The position numbers and the translations under genes are program-made. 64,000 nucleotides of DNA, from contig NW_003314294.1 of assembly GCF_000143415.4 (NCBI RefSeq), forward strand, positions 1,106,416 through 1,170,415, read 5' to 3'. Of this stretch, positions 34,973 to 49,300 are shown in pieces. Numbering within the stretch: position 1 is the stretch's first letter; every line of letters begins with the position of its first letter. The notes under the pieces are model-generated. The model ran no database searches and was not told the origin of the DNA. It saw only the letters and a list, made by a program, of their open reading frames with translations. The DNA is from Selaginella moellendorffii (Eukaryota > Plantae > Lycopodiophyta).

Positions 34973-37462
34973 ATGGGGAATCTTTGGATTGTCGCGATCA
35001 GCATCGCGCTGGGCATGGTAATCCTAGCTCCTGGCAGGGCGGGAGCGCAATGCGTTCCATCCAGGGGATGCACGGCAGTGGCCTTCTTTAATTTCACACA
35101 GAACGAGCAGCTCAACACAGTCTTCACCACTTTCAGCGTGAACTTCGCGCAGTTGCAGCAGTACAACGATCTTCGGAGCCAGGATTTCGTCCAAGCTGGG
35201 CAGTTTGTCAAGATTCCCTTCCAGTGTGGCTGCATCAATGGGAGGCTCGCACATACCTTTGTTTTCAACAACGTGAGCCAGTCCGATTCGTTTGCATCGA
35301 TCAACACCAGATACTATCACGAGCTCTCCAACGTGGCGTCCATGAGCGTGGATCCTTCGCTCAACGGACAGCTCTTTCCTGGACAACCAGTTAATGTGCT
35401 CGTGAATTGTTCTTGCGGGGATCCACGCTTTCCGGTGTTTGGGCTTTTCATGACGTATCCGGGTCAGAGAGGGGACCTGGTCCGAGATGTTGCTACGAGG
35501 TTTAACACGACTGTCCAGAACTTGACAAACTACAATCCTTCTCTTGGAAACATAAACTCCTTGTCTCCTGACGATCGCCTCTTCATCCCTGCTACTCTTG
35601 GTGAGCTTCTTTTCTTGTCTATTGTTTGCTGATATTGTTTTGTTTCTCAGCGAATGGAACATACCCGCCATTCAGGTAAGAAAAAACCTTTTCTGTGACA
35701 ATTCTCTCAAAACGTATTTCCTTGTTAAACTCCCAGCGCTGGTAGCGATGGTAAGTGAATGACGCAGTTCGTTGTCGCTCCCTTGTATCTGATCTCCGTG
35801 GCGCTGCAGGTTCCGGGTCAAGCAACACAGGTCTGATTGCTGGAGTCGCTGTTGGAGTTGGAGTGGTCGTCCTTGCTGCGGCGGTATCACTGGTGTGGTT
35901 TTTCATGCGACGTTCGAAAAAGAAGAAAGTTGCCAAGTATCCCATGGACATGGAAGTGACTTCTGCCGACACCAAACATGGTTTGATGCAATCTACGTTT
36001 CTTCGAGTCTCTTACCGGTTTGTGAATGATGCAGGTCTTCTTCACAGTCCAAGCGTTGGGTCCGTTCCCGCTGGCTTGTCAGGCTTTGCCGTGGATAAAT
36101 CAGTCGAGTTTACATACGACGAGCTTTCGGCAGCCACAGACAACTTCAGTATTTCAAAAAAAATTGGTGAAGGTGGATACGGTGCAGTGTACTATGGTGA
36201 AATTCGTGACCAGGTTTGCGGCTGTTTTTCTTTTAGTTCAGCTAACAATTTTTTTTATCCTCCAGAAACTCGCCATTAAAAAGATGAACATGCAAGCCAC
36301 AAGAGAGTTCATGTCGGAGCTCAAAGTCTTGACTCATGTGCACCACACCAATCTGGTAAGAAATGGTTCTTTTTAAAGCATTGAGCTGTATTCGCCATTC
36401 TTTCCAGGTCCAACTCATTGGGTACTGTACAGTGGATTCTCTATTCCTGGTGTATGAATATGTTGATAATGGTACATTGTCTCATCATCTGCGTGGTTCA
36501 GGTATGCGAAGGTCATATTGGAATTCTTAATTCTCTTGAGAAACTTTCTACAGCGCCCTCAAGGCTTACCTGGAACCAAAGAATCCAGATAGCACTCGAC
36601 GCTGCCAGAGGTCTCGAGTACATTCACGAGCATACAAAACCAACATATATCCATCGGGATGTGAAATCTCCCAACATTCTTATCGACAAGAGATTACGTG
36701 CGAAGGTAAATAATTCTTCGTTTGTTTCTCATTTTTCTTTGCTGATGATTGGCACCGGTGCAGGTAGCCGACTTTGGACTGACTAAACTTACAGAATCCG
36801 GTGCTGGAAGTGTCTCGTTGACACAGCCGACGAGGCTAGTTGGGACCTTTGGCTACATGCCTCCCGAGTAAGTCCGAGCCTTCTCTCAAATAGTGTAGTT
36901 GTAAGCTGATCAATTTGTGTTGCAGATACGCTAGATTTGGTGATGTTTCTCCTAAGATCGACGTCTACTCTTTTGGAGTAGTTCTTTACGAGATCATCTC
37001 TGCAAAAGATGCTATCGTTCGTACGGTAGAGGGCGACGACTCAAACCCAGATCCCACACAAAGAGTTGCCAAGGGTCTAGTGATGATGGTACGCAATATA
37101 TAGCTAATTGTTAAACTTGATAACTTTGCTGGTGCAGTTCGATACAGCTTTGAAAAGCCCCGACGCAACGGAGAACCTCAAAAAGCTTGTAGATCCAGCA
37201 CTTGGCACAGATTATCCTTTCGACTCGATCTGGAAGGTAAACAAAAGTTGAGTGCTCAGAGGTCGCGACTTGTAACATTTTCTTGTGTGATCAGCTGGCA
37301 AAGCTGGCGGAAGCTTGCACACAGGAGACCCCAGAAAACAGGCCAAACATGCGAGCAGTGGTGGTAGCTCTCATGACGCTGTGTAGCACCACGCAAGAGC
37401 TCGACTTTAGCACCAGCAGCCAGTCCAACGCTCAACTGAGAGGCCTCGTCTCCGGGAGATAG
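34973..37462 (+). CDS. CERK1: LysM receptor-like kinase, CERK1/LYK type with intact kinase motifs
   Basis: Signal peptide, LysM ectodomain with CGC and CSC spacers, TM ([23 protein letters not shown]), [50 protein letters not shown]-terminal LVSGR*. Orthology to CERK1 itself is not tested. Confidence 0.93.
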
Positions 37463-37792
37463 CAGCAAAGGGAAAAAAAATATCCTCATACAAACTCTAC
37501 TTGTAAATTTATGCGCTTTCTTTGTTCCAGGAATTTTATCATCTCTAGCGAGAGATCTTAGTCCGCAAATTTTGGGACTCTTGAGTTTAAAGCTTGAATG
37601 TGATCAAACAATGTGACACAGATAAGATATTGGGATCGCCCATTGGCCACTCTCATCCACTCACAGCCAATCCAAGCACAGGATTTCGTACGCTGTGGTC
37701 ATTTCGTTTTGGGCCACCTTGTACGGAACCATATCCACTAAGCCAAACAAGCCCGCATTGTGGTGTGGGAGGAGGAACAAGAAGAGGAAGGA

Positions 37793-38589
37793 ATGGCGGC
37801 CATGTCCTCCTCGCTGGGTCTCAGAGCCGCTAAATCCAAATTCACGGGCTCATTCGATGCGAGCGAAGCCGCGAGCGCGAGATTCAATCCCAATTCCCGC
37901 GTTGGATTCGCGCGAGCGAGTGCGAATCATGAGCAATCGCAGAGCAGGAGGGCGGCGATGGTCGGCCTGGTGGCGGTGGCGGCGGGCGTGCTGGCCGTGG
38001 AGGAATCGCGAGCGCTGACCGGGATCAAGATCAATGGGCCGCCTCCACCATCCGGAGGACTGCGTAAGCAAAGCATTTCTCCCAATTCTCCGCAAATGGA
38101 TTGATCGATTCCTTGCGCAGCTGGGACGGAGAATGCCGATCAGCCGCGCGACTTGGATCTGCCACTCAAGGAGAGATTTTTCATCCAGCCCCTATCGCCC
38201 GCCGAGGCAGTGGGGCGAATCAAGGACGCTTCCAAGGACATCGTGGGCGTCAAGGAGCTCATCGACAAGAAGAGCTGGCCTTACGTTCGCAACGATCTGC
38301 GCAACAAGGCCACGTACCTGAGGTATGATCTCAAGACCATCATGGATGCCAAGCCCAAGGCCGAGCGCAAGGCGCTCAAGAAGCTCACGGACAATCTCTT
38401 CGAGGTGATTGACAAGGTAAGAACTCCAAATTCACCTTCTCGAGCCAAAAAAATCCGATTTTTCACATCTTTTCTTGCTTGTTTCAGCTCGACTTCGCAG
38501 CTCGAGCCAAGAATCCCACCGACGCGGGCAAGTGCTACGCCGAAGCCGTGGCTGCCTTGGACACTGTTATTGCCAAAATCTCGGCTTAA
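37793..38589 (+). CDS. PSBQ: Photosystem II oxygen-evolving enhancer protein 3 (PsbQ), 3 exons
   Basis: Exons 37793-38063, 38121-38416 and 38488-38589. Twin-arginine lumen signal SRRAAMVG...[55 protein letters not shown]. Confidence 0.96.
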
Positions 38590-38701
38590 ATAAATCTCTT
38601 CCTCCCACCACTGTTGATAAGAAAGAAAAAAAATCCTGTGCATGGATGATCGACTAAGAACTTAGCTGCGCACGTAACGAAGCGACATACCTCATCTCAT
38701 C

Positions 38702-40320
38702 TCACACGAGGAGATTTACGAGAAGAAGCAACAGTAACAGGAATGGAGAGTGGAGGAGCGATTGTCGTGCGGCGTTTGGAAGTCCCGGATATGAATCTGG
38801 AGCTGGAAGAACACACTCCTCGCCGTTGAATAGCACCTTGTGTGGAAAAGCCCAGCCTTTGGAGAGTGAGAACAACGAGGGATCCTTTTGGAATAGCATC
38901 TCGGACTGGACCACTCCATTCTCTCCAGCTTCTAGTAGCATGTCGTTGTAGCTGCGAATTCCCCAGAACATATTGGTGTCATCTGCGAAACTCAGTGTGA
39001 GAAGCGATGAAGAACAAGCGATGGCTGCTTTACGTACCACCGTGGATTGGCAGCCGAGTGCTGTTGAAGCTAAACACCTCCTTGAGCTGTTTGAAGTTGG
39101 GGTGCTGGACGACGAGGTTCCAGTGCGTGTAGTTCTGGAGGTGCCGGTTGAGAATGCTGACTTTGGAGCGCCAGTAGCCTTTGTAGTTGTTCTTGACGTG
39201 CCAGTGGATCTTGATCGGGCACATATCTTTGGAGCATTGAAACGGGGCCTGCTTGTGGAGATTCAAAGCCGTCGCTATGCCAGGAGTTTGGAATCCATCG
39301 TCAGTTCTGGAAAGTCACAAGAAAAAAGCTTAAAAGTAGTTTTCAAAACGAGGAACTCTTACGAGCTGATGTTGCACAAACGTTCTCCTGCCTTCGGTTT
39401 CTGCGAGCAGTCGCATGCACAGTCCTTGCAGGGAACGACGTCGGGATTGTAAAAGGATGAAAACGAAACGCAACAAGATGATGTTCGACGTAGCTTGTAG
39501 GTGCAAGAAGACTGCCATGTCACTGGAACAAAGAAAAGAACTATTAGTAAGGGAGAGGATGGCAAAGAAAAGCAGAAAGAAGGAAAGAAAACAAACTGTA
39601 TGCTCGGCGTCCATGTTGTCCATCCGGTATCAAGCTGGAAGTAACATTAGTTGGCGTAGAACACGAGTATCCTGGGATGGAAAACGATAGAGGAACATCA
39701 GGTGGTCTTCTCGCAAGGCCAACTTTCATCACAAACGAAGCAATGGATGTCGAGGGATCCTGCACAGCAGACGATAACACTCCACCCCTGCAGCAATTCG
39801 CGGTCTGGAGAGTGCCAGGAGCTTCTGGCTGGAGATCTATCATCACCGGTCTCGGATGGCAGGAGTGAGGAGAGTTCTCTTCCTCGACTCGAGCGCAGTC
39901 GCCTTGATCTATGGCTTGAGCGCCTTGGACTTCCCATATCACCTCCTCCTTGCTCCATTCCCAGCCGAAGCTCCATCCCGGACGAGCTTCGATGTGCCTG
40001 TAGAGCTGCTGGTTTTCGATCTTTACAGAAGCCTGATCGATCAAAGACAAAGCTAAGCTAAGCGCACAAACAATGAAGAAAGAACTACGAAGGAAAAATG
40101 TAACCACCAACGAAGAGAAAATGCGAAGAACACATACCACATAGCCATCGCCCTGATACCAGTTCAAGATATCCCAAGTGACGACGATGCTCCCTCTCTG
40201 ATCCAAAGGATCCACAGCACAATCTGCAAGAAATGCCGCCAAGATCAGCAGCGCAACGGCGCGCATTTTGGAAGGAGGAGAAATTACCTCTGGACAATCC
40301 GCCCTGGCCTGTGTCGCCAT
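38702..40320 (-). CDS. COBL: COBRA-like GPI-anchored cell-wall protein
   Basis: DPLDQRGSIVVTWDIL, QLYRHIE...WSFGWEWSKEEVIW, NCCRGGVL, CCVSFSSFYN, CPIKIHWHVKNNYKGYWR, GWAFPHKVLFNGEECVLP...LPN plus a hydrophobic GPI tail. Start is 40320 or the downstream MRAVALL. Confidence 0.93.
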
Positions 40321-41389
40321 CGCTTCCTCGCTCTTGCCAAAATCTAAAGAGCCCTAATTTGTCCTCAAGGAGTATTCGCGAATATGCTCAATTGTATTAG
40401 ATTAATAAGTTTAAAGTCCCCCAATTTTAGTTTTCTTCAGCTTGTTTTCTGGGTAGGTAATGGTGATAGCATTTGCAATGCTACTTATGCACACTAGCAT
40501 ATCCCATAGTATATATAAAAGTATATTTTAAGGTTTGTCATAGTGGAAATGAGAGCATTTGGAAAGAGTTCACATTGAGGATGCCAAGAAACTAGCCCAA
40601 ATCTCTCCAGCAATGAATCAAAGACTTTCTCTTGTTCGACCTGGCTTGCTTGAGGGAAGGCTCGTCCCACAACAAGGAATTTCCAAAAGAACAGGTCTCC
40701 GCATTTTGCAGATGCCCACTTGAGGCAAATGCTAGAATTGTGAAGATAGCATGCATTTTCGGCACCATCGTACGAACATGTGTTTTAACTATTTGGTTCT
40801 TCCTGTACATAGGGCGGACGCACCATAAGCGGGCCATGACTGCACCAATAGCTGGCCACATTTGATCCATTGCTTATTTTAGTTTTCCTGGGATGAATTT
40901 GCAGCACAATACCCTGGTTGAACCTCAAGAAATTGTAAGAGGTCATGGCTTAAGGTAATTGAGATTGTAATGTGTGCAGGAAAAATGAGAATGTTCTTGA
41001 GATGAATTTTTCTAGATAAGTATTTCCAATATAATAAAATGTCTCTTTTTATAAGATTTCTTTGAACTAGCTTGAGAGAGCTCGTATCTTAAATAAAAGC
41101 CATCGGATACAATTAGGGTTTATCATTAAGGGCAACCTTTTAGAACCCTAGACGTAAGGATTTGCTTGCAAAGTTGCGAGGTGATGAAGAAATGGAAGAG
41201 CTTGTGGAGTTTATTGAAGACATAGATGGGGCAGAGGGTCATGAATTTCACCTTTCTGATGGTAGAGTGGACGTAGATGTGGTTCTGCGGGTGTTCTCGG
41301 CTACCTCCATCTCCGTGAAGCACGAGGAGCCACCAAGGGTCAGATGGTCTTGGTTCAAGAGCCATTAATACAATATTAATTATATATAA

Positions 41390-42410
41390 AAAAATAACTT
41401 CTTTTTGGAAGAATAGTTATTATTACAAGTGCTGAAAAATACTACTAATTATTCCCCATGGTCATTGAGCATAAATTGTTTCAAATTTGGTAAAACTGAA
41501 TAGGTTATGGCAGTTTTTTAGAACACTTCCTCTAGAAATAAATATGAGACTAATTGAAAATAACTCTTCATGGGCTTATTGGCTTCTTCAAAGTAGAAAT
41601 GGTGATAATTACTTGAACTTACCAACATTGCTTCAAGAATCTATTATATTACCTTACACACAAATAATAATGTCTTCTATTATTCCTATCTCTATAAGAC
41701 ATTTTAGACCCCCACATTGCATCTAATATAGTTATACTTCACTCAATGATGATATTTTTCCCATTAATAATGTTATAGTTTCTTTATTACCTGGTGACAT
41801 ACATATTCATGAAATTATTGAATTTGTTGATATTAAACACCCAGAAGATTTTCCAGTTGAATTTAGTCTTAAACTCTTGCTTAAAGAAAGTGTTATCTTT
41901 ATTCTATTAAGGAATATGCTAGAGGTACATGCTTTATTTTTAAACATGCCTTACAAACAATTCTAGACTGTGAAATTGTCTCTAACTCCTACTTTCACCA
42001 TCAACATAGTATACAAAGTAAATATTTTCACCTCCACCAATTTTTTGTTGAGTTTGATTCTTCTTCCATGCATTGTTTGTGACACTGAAGGACACTAGTC
42101 AGTAACAAATGCTGACAGCCATCTGATTTATATATCTATTGATCCCAAATTTGACAAATTTGATATAGCTAATGATGTTACTCTAAAGGTAGTATTATTG
42201 TTTCAAATATCTAAATGATTCACCATTTGCAAATTCAGGAGCTCATGGTATTCAAGCAATATCTTTGAAATTAAGTAGTGATTTTGCAAAGATTTCTGAC
42301 TGTTTCATCCTCTCAAGCTAAGACACTATTTTGGATAGGCATTACATTATATTGAGGGGAATATAGATTTCATCTTTATCTTTAGGAGGTCACTTTACAA
42401 GGTAAGGAGA
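41390..42410 (+). pseudogene. Helitron Pif1-type helicase relic
   Basis: Eroded motifs in the expected order: LFGRIVII...LIIPHG, LWQFFRTLPLEINMR...WAYWLLQSRNG, PEDFPVEF...LLLKESVIFILLRNM. AT-rich, with frameshifts. Confidence 0.65.
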
Positions 42411-43356
42411 AATGTCTTTAACTTTTCAAACAAAATACTCACAAACTCTCTCTTTCTCAGAAATGTAATCTCAAACTAAATTCCAAAGCTACAACCAGTG
42501 TGGCACAAGGAAAACCTGCCCTCACTGCCAATGTTAAGTAGAAATTCTTGAGTTAAGTCTAATGAGCAAGACAAAGAGGCCTCACCTAAATTAACCTAGT
42601 GTCAACCGTATATATGGTTGTATTTTCACACTTGAGGTTGCTTTTGTGAGTATTGACGTATTTCTGAGTTAGAAAAAGGTGAAAAAATGAAGAAGCTCAC
42701 TGAAGAAGCTTCCTAAGAATATTTCATCTAGAGAGAGAAAAAATGATGGATTTCAGAAGTGAGAATTTGAAGAAGTTGTTTTCTATGAAGTTGAAGATCT
42801 TATCAAGGGAAGTTCTTTGGTGGTGAAATCAAGTTGATGGAAGTTGTGGATGAAGAGTTATTAGCTGGAAAAGTCTCCGTTGTTGGTTGGTGTTTAAGTT
42901 TTTGGTAGTTTAAAAATTAGGTACGGCCATTTAGTTATTTTACAGTTCTTGTTTTCTCTCAGGTTCTAGAGTTCTCTCTGCTCAAAGATGGTGGGACTTC
43001 TTATAGGCCGTCGAGATTCCATCACCGTAGAGGAGTTACTACAAGCCCAGCACACTTAGTATGAGTGATTTGTAGTTACTGCTGAAATACAAGCCCTAGG
43101 GGAGTCTTTCCCGTCTTTCTTTGTTGTCATGTATTTTTCTTGACATTTTTTTGTGCGTTAGCTGGGAGGGCTTAGTCGCAGTAACTGCGCAGTAAACTGG
43201 GCCTGAGGAAAAGGTTGGTCATCTGCGGGCATCTGCAGTAAGCATCCTTTGCCGCAGTTGGTTCTCGGTCTAGCAGGTAGATCCCCGGACTGGGATAATT
43301 TTCTAGATTTTTCTACTAGGAGGGCAGAGAAGAATCGAGGCCATTCTGAATGAGCA

Positions 43357-46300
43357 ATGACGAGACTGTTGCAGAACTCGCCTGAAACCAGCCCTGAAAC
43401 TAGTCCGAGGACTTCGGACTCAAGTTTGAATCGGGAGGAGTGGGGGCCATTTGAACTAGCATTGCCCACACCTCAAGCAGTAAATCCTCAAATGGCACAG
43501 CCTGCCAACGCAAGGATGAAGTATCCAACGTTTACACAGATTGACGATCTAGACGCTCACGTAACTACTTTTGAAAATGTTAGCACAACAAATCAAGAGC
43601 AGGCAGATGCTGTGAGAGTTTGTCTGTTTCCGGCGACGTTGCTGGGAGCAGCAGCAGAGTGGTATGGTCAGGTGAATGCAGCAGCAGCCTTTGCAGCCTG
43701 GGTGGCCCTCAAAACATCATTTCTCAATGCTTTCCGTCCTATGGGATTCAAGCAACGTATCAGTGACGAGCTAAATTCAATTCAATTGTTACCTGGAGAG
43801 ACATTGCAAAATTACATTCTTCACTACAAGAGGCTGCTCGCGAGGAAAGATCCACATGACCAAGTTTGCTAGTTCTTGAATGGGTTGCCATTTGAGATTG
43901 GGTTCCACGTGAAGGTGCAGAGACCAGCAGATTTGAACGCAGCAGTGGAGCACGCAGCAACATGGGAACAGGCCCAGATGTTGTCACAGAATATTGCAGC
44001 TACAGCTCCACCAGTAACATATGGTAACTTGTTCTCACCGAATATTGCACAGTACCAGACTGGTGTGCTTGGAGCCGTAGCAGCTCCACCTTTGATTCCG
44101 GTCCAGCCATCAGTTCTCTAGTTACCTGCAGTAAACATGACCAGATTTGAGAGCCAACTCACGAAAGTGAAAGAAGATGTGGTGGAGACACTTACCAAGA
44201 AGATGGCAGAACTCCAAGTGAGTCTGGTTCAAGGTTTGGGAGCTCTAACTCGGCCGGTGCATGAGAGAGTTGAGATCTGGTGCATTAAGTGTCAAGGATA
44301 TGGCCACTATCCTAGTGAGTGTCCGAATCTGGTTCCAGCAAAAGCTCCTTGTCCAAATTGTGGGAAGTTCGGCCACAAGCCTGAGGAGTGCTTTTTTCAT
44401 CCAGCTCGTCTGACGCCCAAGTTCCAGCAGCAACCTGTAGTCGCAAGCTATTATGTTCAACCATAACTTCCACAGCAGCACGTTCAGCCACAATTTCACC
44501 ATCAACAATAATTTCCACAGCAGCAAGTTCAACACTAGCAGTATGAGACGTACCCAGGTTTTAATGTAGGAGCTCCAGGGGACGTGCAGAACTCGGGGCC
44601 AATGCTGCAACAGACTGCCGGTGGAGGCCAAGGTGGCAGCCGGATGGGAATGTTCGGAGGCAGAGGCAGAGGTCAAGGCCGAGGTCCGATAGTGTGCTAC
44701 CGGTGTGGGGAACCTGGACATATTGCGCCAAACTGTCCGAATGCACAGAAGTCTGAAGAGTATCAGCCAATCTGTGGGATATGCCAGACACAGGGGCTTC
44801 ATCGGCAGGAGGATTGCCCCTACTGCTTGCAAGTGCCAAATCAGCGTCAAAATCAGGACAAGAGAAAAGAGGTGGTGGACACTAAAGCCATTTTCGTGAA
44901 TTTTAAAGAGTTAAGAGTGGACACACCTGTGTGGAATGTCAACACACGAGCACAGTTGCAGGGGAGGGACCGCGGGTTGTACATCCGAGATGAGCCAAGA
45001 ACAAAGGCTGAACAGGGAATTGAGCGGACGCTTACTTGGGAGGATCCGGAGATGATAGCTCGCCGAAACAGGAAGGAGAAGCGCCACAAGGAAAAAGTGG
45101 GGATTGACTTAGGTCTGGAAGGAGGCGGCATTCAGGATGCACCGATAGCCGATGGCGAAGATCTTGCAAAGAATATCACGGGGACTATTCAGTGCCCTAA
45201 TGACGGCAAGGAAACAGACACGAACCAAGTGAGTGGTGGAATGGATCCGCAAGAGGCTATGAAGAAGGTGGGCATCTCGACGCCGCAGCGGCTGGCAGAG
45301 GTATTCAAGGAACATTTTGGGGGTGAGCCATTGAAGATGGGCCAGTGGAGATCTCGCTGGTATAAGCAGGTGCTGAATCTAGAAACTCAGCCCTACGACG
45401 TGCTCAAGGACTTAGAGAATCAGAAGCCGAGTATCACATTTGCGCAATTACTACAGCTGGCACCAAGTCTGAGGAAAGTGGTGGCCACAGCAGTCAAGGC
45501 CCATCGAGAGGTGGTAGTGAATGCAGCATGGCCGATGATTGAAGCAGAGAATCCGATTATAGATGCAGAGATTTCAGGTCAGCACTTGAAGGGGTGCGTG
45601 ATTAACGGAGGTGCTGCCATCAACGTAATGCCTGAGCAAATGATGTCGAAACTTGGGTTGGAGCAGCCGTCTCCAGTTTATTTTTGTGTCCGCATGGCAA
45701 ACCATTCTCGCTCGAGACCGGTTGGTGTACTTACTGAAGTGAACGGAGATTGCCAGTTTTATCTTTTATGTTGATTACGTGGTGTTGAGAATGGTTGGAC
45801 ACGAGCTGGATTATCCAATTCTTTTGGGAAGACTGTGGCTGTTACAGGCCTGGGCAGATCAGAGCTGGCCGAAGGGGACTATTATGATTGGAGATGGAAA
45901 CAAGTTGCGCACTATTCAAGTTCGGACGAGGAAGAGGCCGGCCTGGACTCCAATGGCGTGTGAGCCGATAGTGGATGGGATCGATGACAGCAGTGATACC
46001 ACGACTAGATCAGAAGCAGGAGAGCGTATGAGTGAGGTGTGTTCGGAGTAGAGTCGGTCGAATGATGAGAGTTCAGTGGAGGTTGCAGCTGTGGAGCCCT
46101 GCTCCGGCTACGATGCCCTGCTGTTGTCACCTTTTGAAGATGGAACAGCAAGTGATTGACTCAAGCATTGGTTTTTTGGTGTTGATGTGAGCTGTGGAAT
46201 GGTTCAGGTTGAGGACTTGGAGCCAGTAGTGGAGCAAGAACGACTACAGCAGTTTCCCCGCCATTTTTATTCCAAAGTTATAGATGGTTCCGTTCCAGAG

Positions 46301-49300
46301 ATTGATGAAGAGCCAGCAATCCAGCCTGGAGGACGAGGTAGTAGCTGATACACAGCTCAGCCGACTGTCAAAGAGATGAACCTCGGATCAGCCGAGGAGG
46401 ACCGGTGCTGAGCCAGCTTCACATCCACACCTCGCATGTCTCTATAAGACCATGCAAACACGTCGAGGTACCTGTAAAAGAGGCGCCTCAACCTCTCCTT
46501 AACTTGGACTGGCGCGGCCGTATAGAATTACTCCAAGACTGTTCGAGAGGAGCTGGAGAAGTTGTTGTGAGCTGGGTTTATTTACAAGGTCGAAACGAGC
46601 CAGTGGCTGTCTCCGATTGTGGTGGTGCCGAAAAAGAATGGTCAGCTGTGAGTCTGTGTGGATTACTGGAAGCTGAACGAGGTGATGAAGAAGGATGGCT
46701 TCCCTTTGCCCTTTACTGACACGGTACTTGATGCTGTGGTGGGACATGAGCTTTATTCCTTCCTCAATGGATTCAGCGGCTATAACCAGGTGCAGATAGC
46801 AAAAGAGGATCAGCTCAAAACCACGTTTGTGATTGAGTGGGGCTGCTATGCCTATAAAGTTATGCCCTTCGGCCTGTGTAATGCACCTGCCACCTTTCAA
46901 TGGGTCATCACAGCAGCTTTCCAGCCGTACATGCGAGAGTTTATGGAAGTATTCCTTGATGACTTCAGTGTCTATGGGAGCGAGTTGGCGCATGAAGGCC
47001 TGCTCGAGAAGTGTTTTGAATGCTGTCGGCACTATGGGATTTCTCTCAGCCCGTTCAAGTGTCAGTTCTGGGTAACGCATGGAGTGCTGCTAGGTCAGTG
47101 TGAGACACAAAATCCCTAGGCCCCAAAGTGGAGCCGGAAGGGCGCCACATGGTAGTGGCCGAAGCGAGAGCCAAACGAGCGTAACACGTTTGGACCAAAA
47201 ACTCCGACTTGAAAAGTCAAGAGCGGGAGTGGAACTCCCAACGAAGTGCTCGAGGAACGAGCACGAAGCGAGCACAAGGCGAGGCTCCAAAAAGGGACCC
47301 AAAAGGACCAACACATGACACGTAGGAGTGTCCGAGATGGACTCGAGTTGGAGTCCGAAGTGGAGTCCGAGATGGACCCGAGTTGGAGTCCGAAGTGGAG
47401 TCCGAGATGGACCCGAGTTGGAGTCCGAAGTGGAGTCCGAGATGGACCCGAGATGGAGTCCGAGATGGAGTCCGAAGTGGAGTCCGAGGTGGACCCGAGA
47501 TGGACCCGAGTTGGAGTCTGAGATGGAGTCCGAGATGGAGTCCGAGGTGGACCCGAGATGGACCCGAAATGGAGTCCGAGATGGAGTCCGAGATGGAGTC
47601 CGAGATGGACCCGAGATGGACCCGAGATGGAGTCCGAGATGGAGTCCGAGATGGAGACCGAGATGGAGTCCGAAGTCGAGACCGAGACCGAGATCGAGAC
47701 CGAGACCGAGACCGAGATCGGGACCGAGACCGAGACCGAGGCTGAGGCCGAGACCGAGCACGAGCCCGAGTCCGAGTCCAAGTCTGAGTCCAAGTCCGAG
47801 TCCGAGTCCGAGTCCGAGTCCGAGTCCGGAGCCTGAGAGGGTGAAAGCCCAAAGCGTTCGTCTCCCAGACCCTGGGGGGTTTGGTGAGCTCCAAAAGTAT
47901 AGTGAGGGGGAGGACTGCAGTGGAGCCAGTTTGGCCAAGAAAGGCCAGTTTGGCCCAGGAAGGCCGGACCCAGTGTTGGGTGATGAGCTGCCCACTGGGA
48001 AGTCCAAGACTAGAGTGAACATAGACCGACAAGCGGGGTAGCTTGGTGAAGTGTTCAAGAGCCGGCTCTAGTTCCCCCGGGAGATCAACTGGCCAATGCT
48101 CCCAATCCAAGTGTGGGTGGCACTACCTACTTGGATACCTGGTGTGGCTCAACGGAACCCGCTCTAAGCCCATGGCTAGAGCACCCAAGGGCAGAAGGCG
48201 AGGAGAGTACCCAGGTGGCTTGCGTAAGGCCACGGTGCTCCGAAATGTTGTCCCAAATGCCCAGACTGTGGAAAGGAAGAGGAGCAGTCCTCTGGGGTAG
48301 TGACCAAGGACACAGTCGTGTGGTGAGGAAGTCCCAGAGGACCGTGGGACTTAGTGGTCGGGCCTGTGGGTCTCGATCCAGTGGCAGTGTTGGCAAACAC
48401 GGCCAGGGGCAGAAAGGGACTTAGTGGGGACTGACAGAGGGATATTGGGGAAGGCTATTCCCCTTGTCGGTGGGCATCCTAAGGATGCTAAGGAGTGGAT
48501 CTGAGATGACCACTCCCGGATGGTTTGCCTAGTCTTGGAGAGCCAAGACGGTGATGCAAGTGGTATTGGACTACCAGTGTGGCAAAGGTGATTGGGCATG
48601 GCCTTAGCGTAACGGGCTGCTATGTTGGTGGTACCTTTGAGCGTCGGTCATGGGATCGGACACGTGGAGCACTTGGACCAAGTGCAAATGTTGAGTGGCA
48701 TGGATGCCATTCTCGGGGCTAGCAAGTCCCAAGTCCTGGATTGGACTTATGGAGGTTGTGAATGAGACTCCTCCAAGTGGTCAGAGGTGTGGTTAAGTGA
48801 CTAAAGTAGAATGGAAAATTTAGTCGCTTACAATTTGGTATCGGAGCTGTTCCTTAGTCCGACTTTTATTGGTGCTCAAGTATATCACCACTAGTGTTGG
48901 CATCGGAAGGTCCGAGGAGTGGGCCTATCCTTGAGGAGTAGCAAGTCGGGAAGACATGGCTCTCCATTACAGTTCATGTGTGAACTTGTAGACGAGGTGG
49001 TTGATAGAAAAGGGCCAATAATGGAACGACTTTGGGATCTTGGGAACAGTGCAAGGTTTTCCTCATTAAGTTGAGGATGTGATCCGGATGAGCATTTGTC
49101 TCAGCAAATTGGCTAAGGTTGTTGTGGTAAACAACTAAAGTTGGGATCACGGGAAAGATAGAGACTATAAAACAATAAAGGAGTCACAAGATTATCCTCA
49201 TATAGTTGAGGTTGGTGCTCATGAATGTGAGACCAGAGGTAATGACCGTGGGAGGTCAAATACGGAAGAGGACTCAAGTCCTTGAAATGGTAGCCGAGGC

